A model generated the notes under the pieces. That model ran no database searches. It saw only the letters and a list, made by a program, of their open reading frames with translations, and was not told the DNA's origin. From a virus: a stretch of DNA of 64,000 nucleotides. The DNA is taken from IMG/VR virus record IMGVR_UViG_3300008113_000014, positions 1 through 64,000 of that record; one strand, given 5' to 3'. Both the position numbers and the translations under genes were made by a program. Below are positions 48,484-58,422 of the stretch, in pieces. Within the stretch, counting starts at the first letter, position 1; the number at the start of each line of letters is the position of its first letter.

Positions 48484-51429
48484 CTATGCTTTTATATCTC
48501 CAGATAGTAACCATGCATCTGTTGCTACCTTTGTAAGTGTAGCAGATGAGTAGAGTGCTCTTAGAGTATTTCCTGGTGCTGCATAGATTGTTACTCCAGC
48601 TGCTGCTACAAAGTTTGCTCCACCTGCTCCAGATGATTGCCAGAAACTAATTGATGTTCCTACTGGAAAAGCAGTTGTTGCCATAGTTGGAACCGTTACT
48701 GCATATGCTCCTGAAATTTGAATTAACTGATCTCTCAGAGCAAGCCCACCTGTTGATAAGTTGTAGGCTGCTCCAATTGTAGTTGTTGTAGTTGTTAGTG
48801 ATGGTACACCAGCTTTTGTCTGAGTACCGTCTGTAAACGCTACACCTGAAGCAGAGGCTGTAATTAAACCTGATGCTGTAACTGCTGCTGCATTTACAGT
48901 GCCTGTGAATGTTGGTGATGCTAGAGGTGCTTTATTTCCAAGTGCAGTTGTAATGGTTGCTGCGTAGTTTGCATCATCACCAAGTGCTGCTGCGAGTTCA
49001 TCAAGAGTGTTAAGTGCTGCTGGTGCACCAGTTGTTAAAATAGCAAGTTCTTGCTGAACGAAACTTGTTGTAGCAACTTGTGTTGTATTAGTTCCAGTTG
49101 CTGCAAGTGGTGCAGTTGGTGTTCCAGTAAGAGCTGGAGATGCTAATGGTGCCTTAAGTCCTAGGTCTGTAGTAAGACCTGAAATTTTAGACTGAGCAAT
49201 TCCTGCTGCTGAAGCAATATCTCCATCAACAATTGTTCCATCTGCAATCATTCCTGATGTAACAGTTCCTGCTGGAAGAGTTACAGTGCCTGTAAATGTA
49301 GGTGATGCAAGTGGAGCCTTAAGAGCAAGTGCTGTTGATGTAGCATCTGAAATTGGCTTAAGTGCATCTGATGTATTGTCTGCGTTACCAAGGCCAACCA
49401 TAGACTTGGTTACACCAGAAACGGTGCCAGTAAATGTTGGTGAGGCAATTGGGGCTTTAAGATCAAGTGCTGCTTGTGTAGCGCTTGATATTGGTTTTAG
49501 AGAATCTGTTGTGTTGTCAACGTTAGCAAGACCTACCATTGTCTTAGTTATACCAGCAACGGTGCCAGTAAATGTTGGAGATTCAAGTGTAGCGTAACCT
49601 GAAATTAGTGCTCCTGTAGGTATTGTAACTGTTCCTGTAAATGTTGGTGAGGCAATTGGGGCACGTAGACCAAGAGCAGTTTGTGTTGCTGTTGAAACTG
49701 GCTTTGCAGTATCTGCTGTGTTATCAACGTTTCCAAGACCTACGTGTGCTTTTGTAACACCAGAAACTGTTCCTGTAAATGTTGGTGAAGCTAGTGGAGC
49801 ATATGTAGATGCTGCTGTAGAAGATGCAAGCTTAAGATCAAGCTGTGTTTGTGTAGCAGTTGAGATTGGTTTGTTTGCGTCTGTTGTGTTATCAACATTT
49901 CCAAGGCCAACGTGTGCTTTTGTAACACCAGCAACTGTTCCTGTGAATGTTGGAGAAGAAAGTGGAGCGTATGTTGTGCTAGCAGCTACTGCTCCAAGCT
50001 TTGAAGCAAGTTGTGTTTGAATATTTTCAGTTAATCCATCAAGGTATCCAATTTCAGTATTAGATACTGAACCAACAGTTAATGATGTTGCTTCAAGTGC
50101 ACCAACTGCAAGGTCATCAAGTGATCCTTGTCCAAAATTAACAGTAGTTGTTGGTGCATCAGCAACTCCCTTAAACAGTTTCCATTTTGCATCAGATGAG
50201 TCCTTTACAAAACCTTGATGTTTAGCTGTTCCATCGTTGTATGAGCCTACAAAACCAATATCTACAAGGTTGGCAGCATTACCACTACCAAGATAAATTA
50301 CTGGGTCTTCAACTGTAAGATTTGTTGTGTTTACAGTTGCACTTGTTCCAGAAACTGTTAAGTTACCGTCAACAATTAAATCATTGCTAACTGTAAGGTT
50401 GACTGCAGTTGCTGTACCAGTTAATGCTGGGCTAGCAAGAGGTGCCTTAAGATCAAGTGCTGTTTGTGTAGCGGTTGAAACTGGCTTTGCTGCATCTGAA
50501 GTATTATTTACATCTGCAAGTCCAACATGTGCCTTTGTTACACCGCTTACAGTTCCAGTAAATGTTGGGGATGCGATAGGTGCTTTAAGGTCAAGCGCTG
50601 CTTGTGTGGCTGTTGAGATTTGCTTATTTGCGTCTGATGTATCGTCTACGCTTGTAAGGCCAACCATTGCTTTTGTAATACCAGATACAGTTCCTGTAAA
50701 TGTTGGGGAAGCAATTGTGGCTCTAAGATTAATTTGATTTTGAACATTAGCTGAAAGTCCATTAAGGTATCCAATTTCAGTATCGTCAACGTTTGCAACT
50801 TTTGCCTGGAATGCTGTTGCATCAACGGCAAGTGAAATTGTGTTTCCAGGATCACTGTATGTCTTTAAAAGACCATTTCCAGCAACTATAGCAGTGTCAA
50901 TAGCATCCTGTGAAAGTTCTGCAATGTCTGCTGAGTTTGCCTTTAAATTCAGTGCAGTCTGTGTAGCTGTAGAAACAGGCTTATCAGCATCTGATGTATT
51001 GTCAACATTTCCAAGACCAACATCTCCCTTTACCAATCCTGCTGGAGATGTAATAGTTTTATTTGTTAAAGTTTGTGTTCCTGTTGTTGTAACTAAAAGT
51101 GAAGTATCTGCAATACCGTGGATGGCTGTTGTATCTGCTTGGTGGTTTGAAAGGTTTGTGGCAACTGTTGTAAAGAAAGCTGGATCATCGCCAATTGCTG
51201 CTGCAAGCTCATCAAGAGAGTTGAGTAGTCCTGGCGCACCTGCAATTGTTGTAGCAAGGTCAACGAAGTATGCTAGGTTTACCCAGTGGTTTACTCCATC
51301 ACCAATCTTAAATTTATTTGTGTCTGACTCATAACCAATTTCACCTATTGCTAGAATTGGCCCATTTCCACTATTTGTAGAGATCCACTGCGCTGCAGTG
51401 CCTCTACGTTGTTGCATTCTTGTTGCCAT
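48484..51429 (-). CDS. Long repeat-containing fibre protein with Mtd-N-like N-terminus
   Basis: MQQRRGTAAQW..L..GEIGYE.DT.KFKIGDG...W..L.Y; seven copies of VGL..VDNT.D..KP.STATQ.AL and many ASPTFTGT units. Confidence 0.8.
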   Translation of the reverse strand: MATRMQQRRGTAAQWISTNSGNGPILAIGEIGYESDTNKFKIGDGVNHWVNLAYFVDLATTIAGAPGLLNSLDELAAAIGDDPAFFTTVATNLSNHQADTTAIHGIADTSLLVTTTGTQTLTNKTITSPAGLVKGDVGLGNVDNTSDADKPVSTATQTALNLKANSADIAELSQDAIDTAIVAGNGLLKTYSDPGNTISLAVDATAFQAKVANVDDTEIGYLNGLSANVQNQINLRATIASPTFTGTVSGITKAMVGLTSVDDTSDANKQISTATQAALDLKAPIASPTFTGTVSGVTKAHVGLADVNNTSDAAKPVSTATQTALDLKAPLASPALTGTATAVNLTVSNDLIVDGNLTVSGTSATVNTTNLTVEDPVIYLGSGNAANLVDIGFVGSYNDGTAKHQGFVKDSSDAKWKLFKGVADAPTTTVNFGQGSLDDLAVGALEATSLTVGSVSNTEIGYLDGLTENIQTQLASKLGAVAASTTYAPLSSPTFTGTVAGVTKAHVGLGNVDNTTDANKPISTATQTQLDLKLASSTAASTYAPLASPTFTGTVSGVTKAHVGLGNVDNTADTAKPVSTATQTALGLRAPIASPTFTGTVTIPTGALISGYATLESPTFTGTVAGITKTMVGLANVDNTTDSLKPISSATQAALDLKAPIASPTFTGTVSGVTKSMVGLGNADNTSDALKPISDATSTALALKAPLASPTFTGTVTLPAGTVTSGMIADGTIVDGDIASAAGIAQSKISGLTTDLGLKAPLASPALTGTPTAPLAATGTNTTQVATTSFVQQELAILTTGAPAALNTLDELAAALGDDANYAATITTALGNKAPLASPTFTGTVNAAAVTASGLITASASGVAFTDGTQTKAGVPSLTTTTTTIGAAYNLSTGGLALRDQLIQISGAYAVTVPTMATTAFPVGTSISFWQSSGAGGANFVAAAGVTIYAAPGNTLRALYSSATLTKVATDAWLLSGDIKA

Positions 51430-51459
51430 TTACTTGCTCCTCCAGGTATCAGTAGTAAT

Positions 51460-51468
51460 ATTATAACA
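51460..51468 (-). promoter_or_regulatory. Extended -10 promoter TGTTATAAT
   Basis: Upstream of GGAGGAG RBS of the fibre gene. Confidence 0.6.
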
Positions 51469-51472
51469 GATT

Positions 51473-51925
51473 TTAATTGAAGTTATCAATTGAACTTCCG
51501 CCATCCCACGTTTCTGTGAATACAGTAGTATTGTATGCACCAGTTTCTATTAGTGCCCCCACTGTGTCATATGATCCACCCTCAATAAATATACTTGCAA
51601 GCATACCATTTCCATCAATAGATGTATCGTGAATATGCTCCTGCAATAATTCTGCATCTGCCATATTTGCTAAAGCAGCCCACTGATTATTATAATAAAC
51701 ATGTACTCTGTTATAAACAGTATCGTAGTACAACTGTCCATTTGTTGGACTTGCAGGAGCTGTTGATGATACAGCCATACCTCCTGTTAATGAATCTACG
51801 TACTCCTTAGTTGCTGCATGTGTTGCAATAGTAGGAGTTCCTACTGTTACCGCACCGCCGAAAGTTCCACCAAGGCCAACGATTATGCCATTCTTGACTT
51901 TAAAATCTTTGTTAACCGTTGACAC
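51473..51925 (-). CDS. Small structural/fibre adaptor protein
   Basis: N-terminus shared with 51946..53913; HAATKEYVD and APASP.NGQLYYD fibre motifs. Confidence 0.6.
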   Translation of the reverse strand: MSTVNKDFKVKNGIIVGLGGTFGGAVTVGTPTIATHAATKEYVDSLTGGMAVSSTAPASPTNGQLYYDTVYNRVHVYYNNQWAALANMADAELLQEHIHDTSIDGNGMLASIFIEGGSYDTVGALIETGAYNTTVFTETWDGGSSIDNFN

Positions 51926-51945
51926 TTGGTTTCTCCTTTGTTAGA

Positions 51946-53913
51946 TTACTTTAGTAGTGTTCCAACAACAGTGACTGTTGAGGAGTTGTTAGCAGTAGTT
52001 ACTAGAAGTTGTACATTTGATCCGCTGACGCCTGCTGATATAGTCATCGCTGAACCATTTGTTCCAATTGTTCCATACTCTGTTATTGCAATATTGTCAG
52101 CTGTATCAAGTGTTAATAAAACCTTTGATATTTCTGTATGGACTCCATAAGCGGTCTTAACCAAGAACTCTGCTGAACGATAGTCTGCCTTAGCAAAAGC
52201 GTATGCTACATTTGAAGCACTTGCTGTTGGTACAGAAATTGTTGCAGCTACCTGAGTTGCAAGAGAGTTGATATCAACTTCTGTAAAGTTTGGAACAACT
52301 GCTTCAAGAGCAGTTACTGCACGAGCATTTGTGAAGTACTTATTTGTACCTTCTGCAAGGTCAGTTGTTGTAGAATCTGCTACACCGTTTTCTGCGGTAA
52401 TAACAAGACCTGTACCTGAACCAGTGATTGTAATGTTAGTCTTTGTAGCACTAGTCAAAAGATCTGCTGCTGAAGACTTGGCACGAGCATCTGTGAAGTA
52501 TAGGCTTCCTGATTCTGCTACATCAGAAGTAACAAGTGCATCTGCGTGAGCAATTGCAGCTGCTTGTGCAGCGTTAGCCTTTGAAGTAGCGTCAGCTGCT
52601 GCTGTAGAAACTGATGCAGCATCTCCAGAAACTCTTAGTGCTGCTTCTGCAGCAACCTTTGAAGTAGCATCTGCAGCTGCAGTTGATACTGAGGCTGCAT
52701 CTCCAGAAACTCTTAGTGCTGCTTCTGCTGCTACCTTAGATGTTGCATCTGAGGCTGCGGTGCTGACTGATGCAGCATCACCTGATACTCTAAGTGCTGC
52801 TTCTGAAGCAACCTTTGCTGTTGCATCGGCTGATGCTGTTGCCTCTGCTGCTGTCTGGGCTGCGTCTGCTTCTGCCTTAGCAAATGCTGTTGTAGCAATC
52901 TGAGTTGTATCAGTATTTGCTGCTGCAGTCGGTGCTGTTGGTACACCAGTAAGCGCTGGTGAAGCAAGTGGGGCTTTTGTTCCCAAAGCTGTTGTAATAG
53001 TTGTTGTGTAATTAGCGTCATCATTAATTGCTGCTGCTAATTCATTTAATGTATTAAGAAGTGCTGGTGCACCATCAACAAGATTATCTACTGCGGTTCC
53101 AATTGCTGTGTTGCGGTTTGTAACTTCTGTTGCAATTGCTGCTGAGATTGCTGATGCACTTGCTGACGCTGCTGCGTCAATTGCTTCCGTCTTGGCAGTT
53201 GCTACGTTTGCAGTAGTTGCAAGAAGAGCCGTGTTTGCAATTCCATGAACGTTTGTTGTGTCTGATTCGTGTGAAGAAAGTGCTGCTGCAGCTGTTGCCT
53301 CTGCTGCTGCTTGAGCGGCGTTGGCCTTAGATGTTGCATCTGCTGATGCAGTTGCTACTGAGGCTGAGTCGCCTGATACTCTAAGTGCTGCTTCTGCAGC
53401 GACTTTAGATGTAGCGTCTGATGCTGCTGTTGCTTCTGCTGCAGTTTTAGCTGCTGCTGCTGCACCGTATGCGTCATAAGTATTTGCTGTTACAGATACT
53501 GCACCTGTTGAATCATTATATGAAAGACCAGTTCCAACATTGTTTCCAATGGCATCTTGTGCTCTTTCATCTGTGAAGTAAAGGTTTGTTCCTTCTGCAA
53601 GATCTGCAGTGTCATGGTTTGAAAGGCTTGAAACTGTTCCAGTTACGTCACCTGTTACGTTGCCTGTTAAATTACCAGTTACGTTACCTGTTAAGGCTGC
53701 TGTAACTGTTCCTGCTGCAAAGTTACCATTAGCATCACGCTTTACAACTGTGTTTGCAGTGTTAGCAGATGTTGATGTACCGCCAATAAGACCAACTATG
53801 TAGTCTTGATCTGCTTGCTTCTTTGTAAGAATGTCAAAATTGTTGACTGTAGCTGTTGTACCTTCAACAATGAGCCCATTCTTTACCTTAAAGTCTTTAT
53901 TTACTGTTGCCAT
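51946..53913 (-). CDS. Ala-rich coiled-coil fibre protein
   Basis: EGTNLYFTD.RA and LNTLNELAAAI motifs; 26-aa repeats; C-terminal EYGTI domain. Confidence 0.7.
   Translation of the reverse strand: MATVNKDFKVKNGLIVEGTTATVNNFDILTKKQADQDYIVGLIGGTSTSANTANTVVKRDANGNFAAGTVTAALTGNVTGNLTGNVTGDVTGTVSSLSNHDTADLAEGTNLYFTDERAQDAIGNNVGTGLSYNDSTGAVSVTANTYDAYGAAAAAKTAAEATAASDATSKVAAEAALRVSGDSASVATASADATSKANAAQAAAEATAAAALSSHESDTTNVHGIANTALLATTANVATAKTEAIDAAASASASAISAAIATEVTNRNTAIGTAVDNLVDGAPALLNTLNELAAAINDDANYTTTITTALGTKAPLASPALTGVPTAPTAAANTDTTQIATTAFAKAEADAAQTAAEATASADATAKVASEAALRVSGDAASVSTAASDATSKVAAEAALRVSGDAASVSTAAADATSKVAAEAALRVSGDAASVSTAAADATSKANAAQAAAIAHADALVTSDVAESGSLYFTDARAKSSAADLLTSATKTNITITGSGTGLVITAENGVADSTTTDLAEGTNKYFTNARAVTALEAVVPNFTEVDINSLATQVAATISVPTASASNVAYAFAKADYRSAEFLVKTAYGVHTEISKVLLTLDTADNIAITEYGTIGTNGSAMTISAGVSGSNVQLLVTTANNSSTVTVVGTLLK
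52575..52830 (-). repeat. 78-nt coding tandem repeat (DATSKVAAEAALRVSGDAASVSTAAA)
   Basis: Three consecutive copies plus a fourth near 53330-53420. Confidence 0.85.
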
Positions 53914-53931
53914 TTCTTATCTCCTTGTTGG

Positions 53932-54378
53932 TTAAGCCTTTAAACCCATACGAGCAAATCGTACGGTTATAGGCGTAATACCCACCACTGGCGTTACAGA
54001 AATATTTACTGTATCCGCCACCCTAGAGACGCTAATGGTGCCAATGTTCCCATCGTTGTCTATTGTTCCATATTCGCTGACGTTTACATTTGTACCGTCA
54101 ACAAGTATTGTTAATTCTGTTGCATAAAATTTATTATCTCCAGCAGATGTCTTCTTTATAGAGATTAAGTATTTAACCATTCTCCAGACTGTACCGTCAA
54201 AGTTGTCAATTACTGTTGCATTCTGAATGTCTGAAATAGTATTTTCATTGTTACCAGAAGTACCTAGGTCTGTTGCCTGTGCTGCTGTTGAATCAATTAG
54301 GTTTTCGTAGTCCGTTTGTGATGGACGATCACCTGTTTGAAATGTGGTTTTTACTGTGCTAAGCGGTAGTCTGGACAT
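53932..54378 (-). CDS. Structural protein sharing the EYGTI domain with 51946..53913
   Basis: FQTGDRPSQTDY.NLIDS N-terminus; SEYGTI C-domain. Confidence 0.65.
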   Translation of the reverse strand: MSRLPLSTVKTTFQTGDRPSQTDYENLIDSTAAQATDLGTSGNNENTISDIQNATVIDNFDGTVWRMVKYLISIKKTSAGDNKFYATELTILVDGTNVNVSEYGTIDNDGNIGTISVSRVADTVNISVTPVVGITPITVRFARMGLKA

Positions 54379-54384
54379 ATGCCC

Positions 54385-54393
54385 ATTATATCA
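54385..54393 (-). promoter_or_regulatory. Extended -10 promoter TGATATAAT (leaderless)
   Basis: 6 nt before ATG; no RBS. Confidence 0.6.
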
Positions 54394-54401
54394 TATTTAT
54401 A

Positions 54402-54626
54402 TCAAAGTATATAGTTACTAAAGCCAATAATTTGCAACGGGATTGGTACAACAGTAGATAAACCACTAGCCTCAATCCGTATTGCTGTTAATCTAATTCT
54501 AAAGGGTAAAACAGAGTTAATTGTAACATTTTTACTTGGTGCCCTGACAGATGCTTTTATTGAAAGATCTTGTTCAATTCTTTTTGTAAATACTGGCTGC
54601 TTGTCATAAATCTTAACATTAGCCAT
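54402..54626 (-). CDS. Hypothetical protein
   Basis: Coupled ORF. Confidence 0.6.
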   Translation of the reverse strand: MANVKIYDKQPVFTKRIEQDLSIKASVRAPSKNVTINSVLPFRIRLTAIRIEASGLSTVVPIPLQIIGFSNYIL

Positions 54627-55039
54627 TATGCAGTCACATCTTCAAGGACAATAAGTTTGCCTTGAGCTACCGTCCAAACTATTGCATCTTGCGGTAAAGA
54701 AACCTCAATATCAAAAATATCATTTGTTCGTAGTGTTGCAGTTTGTGCTGGTGATAATGAAACAGTAAACTCACCATCTAGATCATCTGCATCTTGAATT
54801 GGAACTAAGGTTAAAAGAAGTGTTGCTGTGTCTGTTATTTCTCCAGGAACAACTGGTGTTGTAGTAGGACGCTTGATCTGCATAGAAATATTCCAGTCAG
54901 GAATTTCCAATGGTACTTTTGCATCATCTGTTAAATAAACCTTAAATGCTGCACTATCTCCCTTGACAAAAGTCCAATTAACGAATGGTGGAGCTTCTCC
55001 AATATCGTATGTAGACGCTTGTCCTCTATATGTAGCCAT
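54626..55039 (-). CDS. Putative virion structural protein (BppU-N-like beta sandwich)
   Basis: KGDSA.F.V..D.....W....QIK...FDIEV....TVAQG....EDVT; start MATYRG behind a promoter. Confidence 0.55.
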   Translation of the reverse strand: MATYRGQASTYDIGEAPPFVNWTFVKGDSAAFKVYLTDDAKVPLEIPDWNISMQIKRPTTTPVVPGEITDTATLLLTLVPIQDADDLDGEFTVSLSPAQTATLRTNDIFDIEVSLPQDAIVWTVAQGKLIVLEDVTA

Positions 55040-55045
55040 TTTTAT

Positions 55046-55054
55046 ATTATACCA
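55046..55054 (-). promoter_or_regulatory. Extended -10 promoter TGGTATAAT (leaderless)
   Basis: 6 nt before the ATG at 55039. Confidence 0.65.
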
Positions 55055-55110
55055 CGATGAAAATAAGAAATTAAGAGATTTAAAATAATTTAAATAAATA
55101 TCACAAAAAC

Positions 55111-55140
55111 TTGCTTTTTGGGGAATTTGGATGCTATACT
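55111..55140 (+). promoter_or_regulatory. Sigma70-type promoter for the transglycosylase
   Basis: TTGCTT-18 nt-TATACT with TGn extension; followed by hairpin TGCTACC-AACT-GGTAGCA and GGAGG RBS. Confidence 0.6.
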
Positions 55141-55191
55141 TAGAGAGTGCTACCAACTGGTAGCATCTTTAGTCTCTAGGAGGTTATTATT

Positions 55192-55764
55192 ATGAGAAGA
55201 GATAAGAAGGTTTGGATTGGAATCCTTGCACTACTTGGGTTGGTTGCTCCTTTGAGTAATTCAGCCAATGCTTTAAATACCGAAAATAATCTAAGTAAAA
55301 CAGAAGTTCTTGCTATGCCAACCGCCAAAGCGGTTTTTTTGCTTTCTAAGCCTAAAAGTCTGGTAGCAGTAAAAAAAGACTTAAACGTTCTGCACAAGTA
55401 TCAAGATGCCATTAGTCTGACAGATCGTCAACTAAAGGAACTTCTTCATGCCGTTGGTTTCCGTGGAGAGGGCCTTGTAAAAGCTTGGGCGGTAGCTAAG
55501 AAAGAATCTAATGGTCGTCCAATGGCTTTTAATGGTAATGAAAAGACTGGGGACAATTCTTATGGTATATTCCAGATAAATATGATTGGAATGCTAAAGG
55601 ATGGTCGCAAAGAAAAGTTTGGCATTAACTTTAACAGTGAATTGTTAAACCCTGTTATTAATGCACAGGTTGCCTATCATATGAGTAATGGTGGTAAAGA
55701 TTGGTCTGCTTGGCATGGAATAACGCCAAAGACTAAGGTTTGGATGAAGAAGTTTCCTATTTAA
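55192..55764 (+). CDS. Secreted lysozyme-fold lytic transglycosylase (SLT/Rpf-like)
   Basis: Signal peptide; AVAKKESNG (catalytic Glu), SYGIFQIN, L.NP..NA..A, DWSAW. Confidence 0.85.
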   Translation: MRRDKKVWIGILALLGLVAPLSNSANALNTENNLSKTEVLAMPTAKAVFLLSKPKSLVAVKKDLNVLHKYQDAISLTDRQLKELLHAVGFRGEGLVKAWAVAKKESNGRPMAFNGNEKTGDNSYGIFQINMIGMLKDGRKEKFGINFNSELLNPVINAQVAYHMSNGGKDWSAWHGITPKTKVWMKKFPI

Positions 55765-56348
55765 AAAGGAAGATCTTTATTTAACGTTACTGGGTATTCG
55801 TCATTACCCCTCATAAAGATAGTTGAAAAATATCTTGTAGTATCATTTAGGACTGGTAATGAGCCATGCAGTATTTCTCCTCCGTGAATAAGGGCAGATC
55901 CTGCTTTTGGTTTAATTGTTATTCCTAATTCTGGATAGTCAATCTCTCCACCAAGATAGTCATTATTATAGTAAATTACGATGCCGTATCCAAGATAATA
56001 CCCTTGTGGGGTTGTGTCATTATCACGATGCTGACCAATTGCTTCTTCCTCTTTAAATCTAGATATTTTTATTTCTTTTTCACAGTAATAATATGATGGG
56101 AATATGTAATCAACTTTATCAAAAATAGCAGTCTTGCAAAATTCATTATTTTCACCAAGGAATAAGCTTTTGCCATACCAAAAATCATTCTCATCACCAA
56201 TATAGTTTTTGTCATGCCATTGATCTTCAGTTGCTTGATTAATAATAGCCAAAATTGACTCTAGCTCTAAAGAATCTAAAAAGTTTTCAATTTCATAAAC
56301 ATCTTCAGCAAGTTTGTTAATTTTAAAATTATACATAGGGCTAACCAA
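55761..56348 (-). CDS. 2OG-Fe(II) oxygenase, prolyl-hydroxylase-like
   Basis: HRD...YYNNDYLGGE...H..L.V....R. Confidence 0.88.
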   Translation of the reverse strand: MVSPMYNFKINKLAEDVYEIENFLDSLELESILAIINQATEDQWHDKNYIGDENDFWYGKSLFLGENNEFCKTAIFDKVDYIFPSYYYCEKEIKISRFKEEEAIGQHRDNDTTPQGYYLGYGIVIYYNNDYLGGEIDYPELGITIKPKAGSALIHGGEILHGSLPVLNDTTRYFSTIFMRGNDEYPVTLNKDLPF

Positions 56349-57009
56349 ATTTACTACTATTAATATGATTTAGCTCAATATGATTAATGTTAACATGGCT
56401 TGGTAGATCAGATACCCAGCGAATGCACTCTGCCATATCCTCAGCGGTAATAGCACTATCACGTCTTTCTTCTTGTGTATCAATTGTGCCTGGACAAATT
56501 TCAGTTATTTTAATACCATATTGAGGAAATTCTAGCCTCATTGTATCTACCAATGCCATCTGACCTCTTTTAGCATTAATGTAATTGCCTCCAGAACGGT
56601 ACGGAACCTTACCACCCAATGAGCTAACAAAAATAATGGTTGGGTTAGTGGACTTTTCCATTGCTGGTACAAATAACTGAGAAATATACATTGGCCCTGT
56701 TACATTAATATCATATGCAATTCTAAAGTTTGCTGGTGTTTCATTAATAATCATTGTTGGACTAGATCCACCACCTGCATTATTAACTAGCAAGTCTAAA
56801 GTGATGTCTTTATATTTTTCAGCAAATAGTTTTATTTGGTCAGAGTCTGTAACATCTATCTGATAAATTTCAACATTGTCTGAAACAAGGTCTAACATTT
56901 TAGAGATATTTCTTGATGCTGCGATTACCTTGTATCCACTTTTTTCAAGAAGCTTTACGGTTGCTCTTCCAACACCCTTGCTTGCTCCAGTAACTATTGC
57001 TGTTTTCAA
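56341..57009 (-). CDS. Short-chain dehydrogenase/reductase (YdfG-like)
   Basis: TGASKGVG, NNAG, S...YINAK, PG. Confidence 0.92.
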   Translation of the reverse strand: MKTAIVTGASKGVGRATVKLLEKSGYKVIAASRNISKMLDLVSDNVEIYQIDVTDSDQIKLFAEKYKDITLDLLVNNAGGGSSPTMIINETPANFRIAYDINVTGPMYISQLFVPAMEKSTNPTIIFVSSLGGKVPYRSGGNYINAKRGQMALVDTMRLEFPQYGIKITEICPGTIDTQEERRDSAITAEDMAECIRWVSDLPSHVNINHIELNHINSSKFG

Positions 57010-57741
57010 TTACATGCTCTGACTAGAATTAAGGCTCATGTGGTTATGAATCCAGTGACCAGGAACCATAAACTTATACCCAGACTTAACTACGTGTGCT
57101 GTGTGAAAGTATGGAGCGTATGCTGGAAATATAACAACGCTATTTGCTTTAGGTTTTAAACCAAAATCAATAGATTTATCAGCAACTGCAACATCATAGT
57201 CTAAGTCTACTGCTGGAGCACCTCTTACCCATCCATCAGAACTTGTCCATCCTCCATCATAATCTTTTAGCTGGAAAGAGATTTCTCCACCCTCACAGTC
57301 ATCATTGAGGTACATGACTAAAGAATATCTTAGGGTTTGGTCTCCATCTAATTGATCAAAGTGTGCCCCCATGCCCATTCCAGTATTATATTTTTTTATA
57401 TTAAAGGTTGGAAAAAGCCTTGGCTCATCAAAATCCCCCAAAGAAGATGCGTAGTCTTTGCAAACATTGTACATCGTAGTCATAATAGCGTCATATATAT
57501 ATTTACTTTTTTCTGCTACTTCTCCACTAAGGTTGTTTATTGCGTTTACGTCAAATGTTTTTGTTTCTCCATAAATAAAAGTTTTGTCGTTAGAAGATGT
57601 CCAAGGGTTCCAAACATTTACACCTAACTCACTGTATTGCTCAAGAGTATCTAGATCTTTCCAAACCTTTTTAAAGGTATCAAAATCTTCTATTGCATCA
57701 GTATAGTAATAAGTTTTTGGATCTAGTTTTTCTACGTTCAC
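57010..57741 (-). CDS. 2OG-Fe(II) oxygenase, prolyl-hydroxylase-like
   Basis: HFD...YLNDDCEGGE...H....V.SG.K. Confidence 0.88.
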   Translation of the reverse strand: MNVEKLDPKTYYYTDAIEDFDTFKKVWKDLDTLEQYSELGVNVWNPWTSSNDKTFIYGETKTFDVNAINNLSGEVAEKSKYIYDAIMTTMYNVCKDYASSLGDFDEPRLFPTFNIKKYNTGMGMGAHFDQLDGDQTLRYSLVMYLNDDCEGGEISFQLKDYDGGWTSSDGWVRGAPAVDLDYDVAVADKSIDFGLKPKANSVVIFPAYAPYFHTAHVVKSGYKFMVPGHWIHNHMSLNSSQSM

Positions 57742-57750
57742 CTGTTCTCC

Positions 57751-58422
57751 TTAGTATTTGTTGTTTTCATAGTGGTTTTTTTCTTTAATAAATCCTACTA
57801 TAACATATCTTATTGGTCCTTCTCCAACATGCTTTACTCCATGCTCGTGCTTATTGTCCCCTGGAAAAAACAACAAGTCTTTTGGCTTTGGTCTTAATGA
57901 TATTCCAAGATTTGGAAAGAACAGCTCTCCTTCTACATAGTCATCATTTATATATATAATTGTTGCATATTTTATTGATGGGTCTGTATGCTGATCTGTA
58001 TGAGATTTTAGTTCAACTCCTTTTTGCATTCTTTGAATTGTTGCTAATCCACTTAACATTAATAAAGGATCTGAATCATCAACCATTGTTGATAATCTTT
58101 TATAAAAAACTTGCTGCTCTTTATGATGCTTTATGTTTAAATTTTTATCTGCCCAGTTTTGTGTGATTTCAAATTTTCCTTCAGCAACAAGGTTGTCTAC
58201 ATCATCTCTTCCAAACTTTTCCATACAAAATCTAGCAAGATTTGTTGTATATTCTATTTCCCAGTCTGCTTGTGATGCATTATCTATGCATTTTAAAACA
58301 AAGTCTAGATCTTCATTTGTAAAAAAATCTTTAATCCAAAGAATTTCATCTGTAACTTCTTCAAATACAAAATTATTTTCTTTAAGTTTTTCTTTAAACT
58401 TTTCAAGCATTTGGCACCTCAT
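57751..58422 (-). CDS. 2OG-Fe(II) oxygenase, prolyl-hydroxylase-like
   Basis: HTD...YINDDYVEGE...HGV..V..G..R. Confidence 0.88.
   Translation of the reverse strand: MRCQMLEKFKEKLKENNFVFEEVTDEILWIKDFFTNEDLDFVLKCIDNASQADWEIEYTTNLARFCMEKFGRDDVDNLVAEGKFEITQNWADKNLNIKHHKEQQVFYKRLSTMVDDSDPLLMLSGLATIQRMQKGVELKSHTDQHTDPSIKYATIIYINDDYVEGELFFPNLGISLRPKPKDLLFFPGDNKHEHGVKHVGEGPIRYVIVGFIKEKNHYENNKY

Noticed and set aside
49286-53803. Multiple plus-strand ORFs (e.g. 49286..49597, 50327..50737, 50840..51334)
   Set aside because: Antisense shadows of repetitive Ala/Thr-rich fibre genes; the same applies to the other plus-strand ORFs except 55192..55764
55141-55190. c-di-AMP (ydaO-type) riboswitch before the transglycosylase
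   Set aside because: Leader is only ~45 nt with a single hairpin, too short for that aptamer
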